NCBI GenBank assembly: GCA_015061915.1
Contig: SUVR01000011.1
Span: forward strand, 22,972-86,971
DNA from: Lentisphaerota bacterium
GTDB lineage: Bacteria; Verrucomicrobiota; Lentisphaeria; Victivallales; UBA1829
DNA: 64,000 bases
Reading direction: 5' to 3'
Shown here: piece after piece, positions 50,087 to 56,915 of the stretch
How the letters are laid out: each line of letters starts with the position of its first letter
Position numbering within the stretch: the first letter of the stretch is position 1
Program-made: the position numbers and the translations under genes
The notes under the pieces: model-generated
Databases searched by the model: none
Told to the model about the DNA's origin: nothing
What the model saw: the letters and a program-made list of their open reading frames with translations, nothing else

Positions 50087-51634
50087 TCAATTTTCTTCCG
50101 GCGCAAGGATCAGCAGTGTTGGCAGCCCGGTCACCTGATAAGTCTCCAGCAGTTTTTTTGTGGCGGGATCGCCCGCGTCTTCCGCCTGGACCCGCACAAG
50201 GATATAACCCGCCTTCAGGATCTTCTGTACTTCCGGATCGGGGAATGTGTTGTGTTCAAGGGCAGTACAGTTCTTGCACCAGGTCGCCCAGAAATCCAGC
50301 AGCACGAGCTTGTTCTCCCGCTTTGCCAGTTTCAGCGCAGATCCGATTTCCTGAAACGCAGGAGAATCCCCGGCAAGCTGTTCTGTCTCCGGTCCGGAAC
50401 GGAAACGCTCCACCGCCAGACCGTACGCCAGCACGCCGTAATAGACCGCCAGCAGCAGGATCAAAATACCGAGGAGCTGTTTCACCCGGATCATCCATGC
50501 GCCCGGTTTCGGGAAAAGCGCCATACCCGCCGCCGCAAAGGGCCACGGCAGCGCCATACCCAACCCAAGCAGGAACGGCAGAAGCAGTCCGGCGTGATTC
50601 CCTTCCGCATAGAGGGTCGCAGACCGGATCAGTACCGCTGCAAGGACCGGCGCCACACACGCCCCTGCCAGCGTCGCAGAGACCGCACCCAGCAGGAAGA
50701 TCCCGGCATACTTTGCGCCGGAAAGTTGGATCGAAGCGCCGAAACGGGAAAGATCGAAATTGAAAAATCCGAACATAGCAAGGGCGAGAAACGCAAAAAT
50801 CAGCGCGGCGATCCCGTTGAAGATCCAACTGCCCGCAAGACCGCCGAATGTGGACCCGGTCAGTACGGCGATCACCCCGAGCAGACCGTATGCCACGGTG
50901 ATGCCCAGACCGTACACAAGCCCCCGCAAAATACGGTCGAATCTGGAGCGATCCGAGTTCATTCCGGCACCGATGATCGCCAGATTTACCGGAATCAGCG
51001 GCAGAACGCAGGGTGTCAGGTTCAGCGCAAGTCCCCCCAGCAGAACCAACAGCAGCGTCAGAACGATCCCTTTTCCGTCCAGATCAAACAGACTTTTTTC
51101 CGGTTCGCCCCGGAGAAATGCAACCATCTCTTCCGGGTTCATGTAGCCCACCGCCCGCCCGGTGATCCGGTAGGCGGAGACAGCCGTTTCTGCCGTGCTT
51201 TCCGGTTCCGGCAGCGGGGAGAAACTTACGCCGTCTGCGGGTGTGAAAACGCCGTTCCGCCAGTCATTTTCTGTTTGAAACGAGCCGAGAGACTTTGTCC
51301 CCTCCGGCAGAAAACAGGTGCCGTTGCTGTCGCAGTATTGGGCATTTGCCGTGATGGTCAACGGGAAGGATGAGGGCTGACCCGTGAAGCCCCATTGATG
51401 CTGTCCCGGCAGAAGATAACCATCTTTCGCAACCGGGCTTACGGTCGCTTGCAGTTCCGGTTCCGTCCGGACGCTGATCCCGTCCGCCATACCCTGATAG
51501 GGTGCGTGGACTTTCAGCGTGACTGTAACGGCATCTTTTCCGCCGGTTACGCTCCAGGTTCCTTTCTGTTCTTCCGCGGACCGCAGGGGGATCAGCAGGA
51601 ACAGCAGGAGAAAAAATACAGAAAAATGTTTCAT
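50087..51634 (-). CDS. dsbD: Thiol:disulfide interchange protein DsbD-like (CcdA-type TM core plus C-terminal thioredoxin)
   Basis: The start is at 51634 (MKHFSVFFLLLFLL signal). It has a TM core with LTPCVLP and a C-terminal FWATWCKNC thioredoxin motif. Confidence 0.8.
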   Translation of the reverse strand: MKHFSVFFLLLFLLIPLRSAEEQKGTWSVTGGKDAVTVTLKVHAPYQGMADGISVRTEPELQATVSPVAKDGYLLPGQHQWGFTGQPSSFPLTITANAQYCDSNGTCFLPEGTKSLGSFQTENDWRNGVFTPADGVSFSPLPEPESTAETAVSAYRITGRAVGYMNPEEMVAFLRGEPEKSLFDLDGKGIVLTLLLVLLGGLALNLTPCVLPLIPVNLAIIGAGMNSDRSRFDRILRGLVYGLGITVAYGLLGVIAVLTGSTFGGLAGSWIFNGIAALIFAFLALAMFGFFNFDLSRFGASIQLSGAKYAGIFLLGAVSATLAGACVAPVLAAVLIRSATLYAEGNHAGLLLPFLLGLGMALPWPFAAAGMALFPKPGAWMIRVKQLLGILILLLAVYYGVLAYGLAVERFRSGPETEQLAGDSPAFQEIGSALKLAKRENKLVLLDFWATWCKNCTALEHNTFPDPEVQKILKAGYILVRVQAEDAGDPATKKLLETYQVTGLPTLLILAPEEN

Positions 51635-51762
51635 CGGTCTCTCCATATCAAATCGTTGTTTTACGGGAACAGACACCGCGCACCGGATACTTGTTCCCTG
51701 CAGCAAAATACACCGGAAACTCCGGTTCGTCAAGCAGGAAAGAAAAAAAAGCGGAAACGTGA

Positions 51763-51790
51763 TTGAAAAATGATCTTTCCAGTGTATAGT
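51763..51790 (+). promoter_or_regulatory. tyrA promoter
   Basis: TTGAAA, 16 nt, TATAGT. Confidence 0.45.
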
Positions 51791-51821
51791 AAATGCAAAT
51801 TTCAGAAAGGAAAGATCCCTT

Positions 51822-52697
51822 ATGGCTGTTCAGAATGTGGCAATTATCGGTATGGGTTTGCTGGGTACTTCCCTCGGCATGGCGTTGCGGGGCGGGAACT
51901 GCCACCGTCTGTGCTGGACCCGTCGTGCAGAGATCCGGTCCTGGTGTCTGGAACACGATGCCGCTGATGAAACGGCTGACGATATCGAAACGATCCTTGC
52001 CAAAGCCGATCTTACGGTCTTTGCCCTGCCGATCCCCCAGATCATTGCTTTTATGGAAAAATACGCTCACGCATGGCGGAAAGGTGCTGTTGTGACGGAT
52101 ATGGGCAGTATCAAGGGGCGGATCATGGATGCCGCTGAACGGAGTTTGATCCCCGCAGGCGTGCAGTTTGTGGGCAGTCACCCTATGGCAGGTACGGAGA
52201 AATCCGGCTGCGAAAATGCCTTCCCCACCCTGTACAGCAATGCAGATGTGTTTATCTGTCCCGGCAGTAACGCCACGCCGGAAGCGGTGGAGGATGTCAA
52301 AGCCTTCTGGCGGAGCATCAACACCAAGCCGGTGATGATCCCTGCCGATGCTCACGACTCTCTGGTTGCACATACCAGCCACGTCCTCCACGTGGTCGCT
52401 TCCGGACTTGCTATGGCGATTTTGAATTCGGATGACGAAAAAGAAAAAGCCCTGCGGTTTGCCGGTTGTGCCACCGGTTTCCGGGACACTTCCCGTATCG
52501 CCTCCAGCAATCCTGCCATGTGGCGGGAGATCATTGAGTATAATACGCCCGCTGTCCTCGGCGCACTGAAAAACTTTGAGGATGCTCTGGCAGAGTACCG
52601 GAAAATGATCGCGGAAGGCAGATACGATGACTTTGAACAGGCGTTCGCCGATGGCAAAGTCCTGCGGGATTCCTGGCTGAAGTACAAAGGTTATTGA
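51822..52697 (+). CDS. tyrA: Prephenate dehydrogenase
   Basis: VAIIGMGLLGTSLG Rossmann motif and the GSHPMAG catalytic motif. Confidence 0.85.
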   Translation: MAVQNVAIIGMGLLGTSLGMALRGGNCHRLCWTRRAEIRSWCLEHDAADETADDIETILAKADLTVFALPIPQIIAFMEKYAHAWRKGAVVTDMGSIKGRIMDAAERSLIPAGVQFVGSHPMAGTEKSGCENAFPTLYSNADVFICPGSNATPEAVEDVKAFWRSINTKPVMIPADAHDSLVAHTSHVLHVVASGLAMAILNSDDEKEKALRFAGCATGFRDTSRIASSNPAMWREIIEYNTPAVLGALKNFEDALAEYRKMIAEGRYDDFEQAFADGKVLRDSWLKYKGY

Positions 52698-52760
52698 CCG
52701 TAAAAAAAGTTTTGCGGCTGCACTTGATATTTTGAGGGAAAGGGGATATATTACGCTATT

Positions 52761-53036
52761 ATGAAAAATTTGCCGAATACAACAAAACGATACGATTTCA
52801 AGACGCTCAACAATGCCCAGCGCACACGGAATGAGCGCCTCTTGCTCTGTCCGCGCTGTAAAGAACAGCTCGCCCAGCCGGATATTGAGGTCTTTTCACG
52901 CTGTCCGTTCTGCAACTACCGGTTCGATCTGAACGTGGAACTGGAAGATTTCATCCTGGAACCCGTGGTCGAAAACTGGATGCGTCAGCAGAGCTACGCC
53001 GGACCCCGGATGCGGGATGATGAAATGATGCGCTGA
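52761..53036 (+). CDS. Small zinc-ribbon protein, function unknown
   Basis: 91 aa with CPRC...CPFC motifs. It has its own TTGATA-N17-TATATT promoter about 35 nt upstream. Confidence 0.5.
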   Translation: MKNLPNTTKRYDFKTLNNAQRTRNERLLLCPRCKEQLAQPDIEVFSRCPFCNYRFDLNVELEDFILEPVVENWMRQQSYAGPRMRDDEMMR

Positions 53037-53079
53037 ATAGAATCTTGCGGCTTTTTTTGAAAAAAATGAAAAGCTGCCC

Positions 53080-53107
53080 TTGACAAAATAGATTTTAGCT
53101 GTATATT
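53080..53107 (+). promoter_or_regulatory. tRNA-Gln promoter
   Basis: TTGACA, 16 nt, TATATT, about 22 nt upstream of the mature tRNA 5' end. Confidence 0.5.
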
Positions 53108-53129
53108 AAAGGCATACTGCAAGATTTGC

Positions 53130-53203
53130 AGCCTGATGGTGTAACGGTAGCACAAGTGATTCTGGTTCACTTTGTCTTGGTTCGAATCCAGGTCAGGCTG
53201 CCA
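53130..53203 (+). tRNA. tRNA-Gln (anticodon CUG), CCA encoded
   Basis: I folded a manual cloverleaf. The acceptor is AGCCUGA/UCAGGCU, with U8 and D-arm GUGU-AACGGUA-GCAC. The anticodon arm is AGUGA-UUCUGGU-UCACU and the T-arm is CUUGG-UUCGAAU-CCAGG. The discriminator is G73, followed by CCA. Confidence 0.85.
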
Positions 53204-53461
53204 TTTTTTTTGCTCTGAAATCGCCTCCCTTGAAAACCCCTTTGGTTCGCCATGTCATCCGACATGGTGCAAATCCAGGTCAGGCTGCCATTTTTTTTGC
53301 CGTGAAATCGCCATCCTTGAAAGCCCCTTTGGTTCGCCATGCCATCCGACATGGTGCAAATCCAGTCCGGCAGCCATTTTTTTGCTCTGAAATCGCCATC
53401 CTTGAAAGCTCCTTTGGTTCGCCATGCCATCCGACATGGTGCAAATCCAGTCAGGCTGCCA
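53204..53461 (+). repeat. Three tandem 85-87-bp units, each ending in a copy of the tRNA-Gln 3' end
   Basis: The units span 53204-53290, 53291-53376 and 53377-53461. Each unit is T7-8 + GCTCTGAAATCGCCATCCTTGAAAGCCCC + TTTGGTTCG + hairpin insert CCATGCCATCCGACATGGTGCA + AATCCAGGTCAGGCTGCCA. The last 19 nt equal tRNA positions 53185-53203 and are slightly degenerate in units 2 and 3. Confidence 0.9.
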
Positions 53462-53510
53462 TTTTTTTTGACTTGAGTTGTGGGGGCGGTCCCATCCCCA
53501 TCAGAAACGC

Positions 53511-53543
53511 TTTATCGGACTTATCGGACTTATCCGACTTATG
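53511..53543 (+). repeat. 3.5 tandem copies of the 9-mer CGGACTTAT
   Basis: TTTAT CGGACTTAT CGGACTTAT CCGACTTAT G. Confidence 0.85.
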
Positions 53544-53706
53544 AATTTTAAGAAACACTCACGGATCTTTTTTTAAAAATCGTGCTCGTCTGTTGCTTGT
53601 CTTTCCCTTTGCTGTCCCCGTTTCCTGCTTCCTGCTCTTGAAATTGCAGAAAAGAGCGCTATATTGAAAATCAGGTGAAAAAGAATATCATGAAACAGGA
53701 GGTCCC

Positions 53707-54039
53707 ATGATCACGATTCAGGAAGCAATAAAAATAGCGGAAGAAGACTTTAAGCACAGCGTAGAAGGACTTGAAGAGTCTGAAGACTTCTTTTATGCAT
53801 ACCCGAAAAAATCCGGAGGCTCCGGCTTTTATGTTCCCACCCTGCGGATCAACAAACATACCGGTAAAGTGGATCACAGCCCGTGGCATGATCATAAAGA
53901 CCAGGAAGAACCTTTTGCATATATCATGATCAGCCCATCCACAGGGGAATATTTTACTCATGATGAAAAAATCAGGGAAATTATGAAACGCAAAGGTACT
54001 CCCTGGCTCAGAAAAAAATATGAAGAACTGGGATTCTGA
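53707..54039 (+). CDS. Small orphan cytoplasmic protein (110 aa) in an AT-rich spacer
   Basis: It has a CAGGAGG RBS and a TTGAAA-N16-TATATT promoter at 53638-53665. GC is clearly lower than the flanks. The sequence MITIQEAIKIAEEDF... loosely resembles small immunity-type proteins, but I am not confident in that. Confidence 0.55.
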   Translation: MITIQEAIKIAEEDFKHSVEGLEESEDFFYAYPKKSGGSGFYVPTLRINKHTGKVDHSPWHDHKDQEEPFAYIMISPSTGEYFTHDEKIREIMKRKGTPWLRKKYEELGF

Positions 54040-54083
54040 CAGTTAAGGTAAAAGCCTCGGTTTCGGGGCATTTTATAAAAAAC

Positions 54084-54110
54084 GAAGCACGGAATATTGC
54101 TCCGTGCTTC
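54084..54110. terminator. Bidirectional hairpin between the small ORF and the FabK/NMO-like gene
   Basis: Perfect 10-bp stem (GAAGCACGGA / TCCGTGCTTC) with A/T-rich flanks. Confidence 0.55.
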
Positions 54111-54138
54111 GCTTGAAAATTTTTTGGAAAAGGTCGGG

Positions 54139-55164
54139 TTATGCCAGCAGACCGCGGACCCGTGCCAGTTCGGTTTCGGCATCGGTGACCAGTTCTTCCA
54201 CCAGATCTTTGATCGGTACGATCTTATCCACCAGACCCACACTCTGACCCGCCATCAGGGAGCCGTTGTCCACATCGCCTTCAATAGCGGCACGGCGGAG
54301 AGCGCCGACCCAGAACCGTTCTACTTCTTCCTGCGCGAATTGTCTGGAAACGGTTCCGGCTTCCAGTTCTTTCAGCAGTTTCAGCTGCAGTTTGCCGAAT
54401 TCATCCATCCCCTTATTGCGGAGGGCACGCACGGAAACCACCGGCAGTTTGGAGTCGAACTGGGGCGTGGCGACGGCATCGCGGGCGTTGGCGCGGCGGA
54501 ATGCCAGTTTGAAGTTATCGTGAACGCGACATTCTTCCGTCATCACAAACCGTGTCCCCAGCTGGGCACCGCTTGCACCCATCAGCAGGGCGTGGGCGAT
54601 CATCTTGCCCGTGGCGATACCGCCCGCCACAAAAACCGGCAGCTGATCCGCAAAACGGAAAAGAACCTGCTGCATCAGCACCACGCTGGAGACGTGTCCG
54701 ATGTGTCCACCGGCTTCGCTGCCTTCCAGAATAATGGCATCCGCGCCGAACTTGATCATGCGTTCTGCAATGGAGATGGTGGAGGCAAAGCACAGCACTT
54801 TCGCACCCGTGGCTTTCGCCGCTTCCACTTCTTTTTCTTTGGGGAAACTGCCGGCAAACACGATATACGGCACTTTCATTTCCGCCATCAGAGCAAGATG
54901 ATCCAGGTATGCGGGCGCAATGGTGATCAGGTTCACGGCAAAGGGCTTATCCGTGAGGGAACGCAGTTCCTGGATCTGGCTGCGCAGCACTTCCACCGGC
55001 GCATTGCCCCCGGCAAGACAGCCGAAGCAGCCGGAATTGCACACCGCCGCCACCAGTTTCGGTTCGGAAACCCAGGTCATAGCACCGCAGAGGATGGGAT
55101 ATTTCACATTGAGGAATTCGCTGCCGCGCTTCATGAGCGGCGCCAGATGTTTCAGTTCTGTCAT
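54139..55164 (-). CDS. NAD(P)H-dependent flavin oxidoreductase (nitronate monooxygenase / FabK-like enoyl-ACP reductase II family)
   Basis: The start is at 55164 (MTELKHL...) with GAAAGGAA upstream. It has an NMO-family TIM barrel with motifs GAMTWVS and EGSEAGGH. Confidence 0.8.
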   Translation of the reverse strand: MTELKHLAPLMKRGSEFLNVKYPILCGAMTWVSEPKLVAAVCNSGCFGCLAGGNAPVEVLRSQIQELRSLTDKPFAVNLITIAPAYLDHLALMAEMKVPYIVFAGSFPKEKEVEAAKATGAKVLCFASTISIAERMIKFGADAIILEGSEAGGHIGHVSSVVLMQQVLFRFADQLPVFVAGGIATGKMIAHALLMGASGAQLGTRFVMTEECRVHDNFKLAFRRANARDAVATPQFDSKLPVVSVRALRNKGMDEFGKLQLKLLKELEAGTVSRQFAQEEVERFWVGALRRAAIEGDVDNGSLMAGQSVGLVDKIVPIKDLVEELVTDAETELARVRGLLA

Positions 55165-55236
55165 AACAGTTTCCTTTCGATTTAATAACAGTTGTGTTTT
55201 CTGTGACAGAGTTTTATTTCTTCTTGCAACTTGCAT

Positions 55237-55265
55237 AATATAACCCCTGAAACATGATTTGTCAA
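55237..55265 (-). promoter_or_regulatory. Promoter of the FabK/NMO-like gene
   Basis: On the minus strand: TTGACA, 17 nt, TATATT. It is bracketed by a 10-bp inverted repeat (55195-55204 / 55304-55313). Confidence 0.5.
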
Positions 55266-55352
55266 GTGGTTGGAAATAAAGTATAAATATATCTTGCAAT
55301 AAAACAGAAAACAATAGAAAGTATGACAGAAAAATTTAGTCTTTTGAGGCTT

Positions 55353-55395
55353 ACGAGTCCCATAAGTCTTATGAGTCTTATGAAACCTATGAGAA
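55353..55395 (+). repeat. 4-5 tandem copies of a 9-mer (ATGAGTCTT-like), inverse orientation relative to the 53511 array
   Basis: ACGAGTCCC ATAAGTCTT ATGAGTCTT ATGAAACCT ATGAGAAC. The reverse complement (AAGACTYAT) shares the GACTTAT core with the array at 53511-53543. Confidence 0.75.
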
Positions 55396-55445
55396 CAAAA
55401 ACACACTGCTTCCGGACTATTACGGAAATTTTTATAATTCTTCAT

Positions 55446-55570
55446 TCCGCCTTTCGCCTTCCGCATTTACTTCCTGCATTCCGCATTTACTTCCCGCCTT
55501 CCGCCTTCCGCCTTCCGCATTTACTTCCTGCATTTCGCATTTCGCCTTCCGCATTTACTTCCTGCATTCC
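55446..55570. repeat. Tandem repeat array that reiterates the 3' end of the Fur/PerR gene, plus a (GGAAGGC)3 microsatellite
   Basis: CCGCATTTACTTCC occurs at 55461, 55481, 55515 and 55549. The last copy contains the perR stop codon and its final codons (ECRK*). CCTTCCG x3 lies at ~55495-55516. Confidence 0.85.
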
Positions 55571-55962
55571 GGGCAGGTACCGTAGAAGTCGAGAACGGTG
55601 TGTTCCACCTGAAAATCGGGGGAGGGGGCGAGATCGGGCACCGGCAGCATGAGGTCGGTGACTTTTCCACACTTCCGGCATTTGAAATGAGCGTGGAAGT
55701 CGGTACGGATGTCGTAGCGCAGTTCGCCGGATTCAATGGTCAGGACCTGCACAATGCCGTGTTCGGCAAAAAGTTTGAGGGTGTTATAGACGGTTGTCAG
55801 GGAAAGAGTGGGGTGGAGCGGGGAGAGTTGTTTGTAAATTCCTTCAGCGCCGGGGTGGACCCGGTTCTCCCACAGATATTCATAAATGCATATCCGCGGC
55901 TCTGAGGGACGGATGCCCGCTGCCTGCAATTTTTCAATTGCAATCTGCCTTGTGTTCTGCAT
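55555..55962 (-). CDS. Fur-family transcriptional regulator (PerR-like by context)
   Basis: The start is at 55962 (MQNTRQ...) with AAGGAG upstream. It has the Fur motifs HAHFKCRKCG and a C-terminal CPEC. It lies directly downstream of rubrerythrin. Confidence 0.85.
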   Translation of the reverse strand: MQNTRQIAIEKLQAAGIRPSEPRICIYEYLWENRVHPGAEGIYKQLSPLHPTLSLTTVYNTLKLFAEHGIVQVLTIESGELRYDIRTDFHAHFKCRKCGKVTDLMLPVPDLAPSPDFQVEHTVLDFYGTCPECRK

Positions 55963-56042
55963 GGGTTGCTCCTTGAGGTTGGCTGAAAAAGCCGGTCCGG
56001 CAAAATGGCACACCGGACCGGCAGATCGGAGATCAGTTAAAA

Positions 56043-56591
56043 TTATTCACCGAAGTAACGCTTGAGGAGGCCGGTGAACGCCTGACCGTGACGGGCTTCA
56101 TCGCGAGCCATTTCGTGGACGGTGTCGTGGATGGCATCGTAGCCCAGTTCCTTGGCGCGCTTTGCGATGTCGAACTTGCCGGCGCAGGCGCCGTTTTCCG
56201 CTTCGCAGCGCATCTTCAGGTTGGTCTTCGTGCAGGGAACCACCACTTCACCGAGGAGTTCGGCAAACTTGGCAGCGTGTTCCGCTTCTTCCCATGCGAT
56301 CCGCTTGTAGGCTTCCGCAACTTCCGGATAGCCTTCACGATCCGCCTGACGGCTCATGGCGAGGTACATCCCGACTTCCGTGCATTCGCCCATGAAGTGG
56401 GCTTTGAGGCCTTCCAGCACTTCCGGATCAACGTTCTTGCCGACGCCGATCACGTGTTCCGCTGCCCAGGTGACGCTCACGTCAGCCATTTCTTTGAACT
56501 TGCTGCCCGGGACTTTGCACTGGGGGCAGAATTCCGGAGCTTCGTTACCTTCGTGGACATAACCGCACGCGGGGCATACAAACTTTTTCAT
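56043..56591 (-). CDS. rbr: Rubrerythrin with an N-terminal rubredoxin-like domain (reverse rubrerythrin)
   Basis: The start is at 56591 ([11 protein letters not shown]...CPQC). It has diiron four-helix-bundle motifs ([18 protein letters not shown]). Confidence 0.9.
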   Translation of the reverse strand: MKKFVCPACGYVHEGNEAPEFCPQCKVPGSKFKEMADVSVTWAAEHVIGVGKNVDPEVLEGLKAHFMGECTEVGMYLAMSRQADREGYPEVAEAYKRIAWEEAEHAAKFAELLGEVVVPCTKTNLKMRCEAENGACAGKFDIAKRAKELGYDAIHDTVHEMARDEARHGQAFTGLLKRYFGE

Positions 56592-56650
56592 AGCTTTGTT
56601 CCTTTCATGTTTTCTGTTGTTTTGTTGGTAAGCTATAAATTTGTAGTTGT

Positions 56651-56678
56651 TACAAAACTGAATATACTGCAATTTTGT
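56651..56678 (-). promoter_or_regulatory. rbr-perR promoter with an overlapping 7-6-7 inverted repeat (candidate PerR/Fur operator)
   Basis: On the minus strand: TTGCAA, 17 nt, TATATT. TGCAATT (56658-56664) and AATTGCA (56671-56677) are perfect inverted repeats. The pair spans the -35 element and the -35/-10 spacer. Confidence 0.45.
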
Positions 56679-56712
56679 AGAATTGCAAGCGACTTTTTAA
56701 AAATTTTTCAAC

Positions 56713-56753
56713 TTTTTTTGATTTTTTTGATTTTTTTGATTTTTTTGATTTTT
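56713..56753. repeat. 4.5 tandem copies of TTTTTTTGA (phased T-tracts)
   Basis: There are T7-GA x4, then T5. The array lies in the divergent rbr / serine-hydrolase intergenic region, 35-80 bp upstream of the rbr -35 element. Confidence 0.9.
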
Positions 56754-56915
56754 GCCTCATTTCTCTGTTATTTTACCGATGAAAACGGCAGTATTTTCCA
56801 TCCGTTTCCGTACCCATCCGTATTTATCCTTAATATTTCAGTGTGCGGCGCTTGAAATCGGGCGGTATTGCACTACATTATTTTATCATTGACTTAATAT
56901 GAAAGGATCAAACTC

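Noticed and set aside
51648-52391. 247-aa minus-strand ORF
   Set aside because: It is antisense to tyrA, which has clear Rossmann and catalytic motifs.
53167-53544. Several 60-104-aa ORFs on both strands with internally repeated peptides
   Set aside because: They merely translate the tandem tRNA-derived repeat units and have no RBS. The repetition is at the DNA level.
53037-55500. Integrase, prophage or ICE at the tRNA-Gln locus
   Set aside because: I searched all six frames between the tRNA and the PerR gene. There is no tyrosine or serine recombinase, excisionase or phage gene, only a 110-aa orphan and a normal-GC FabK/NMO-like gene.
53204-56753. Possible CRISPR arrays (tandem repeats at 53.2, 55.45 and 56.7 kb)
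   Set aside because: The units are directly abutting or separated by more repeat material. There are no unique spacers of regular length, the repeat sizes are wrong (9-87 bp with no repeat-spacer alternation), and there are no cas genes in the window.
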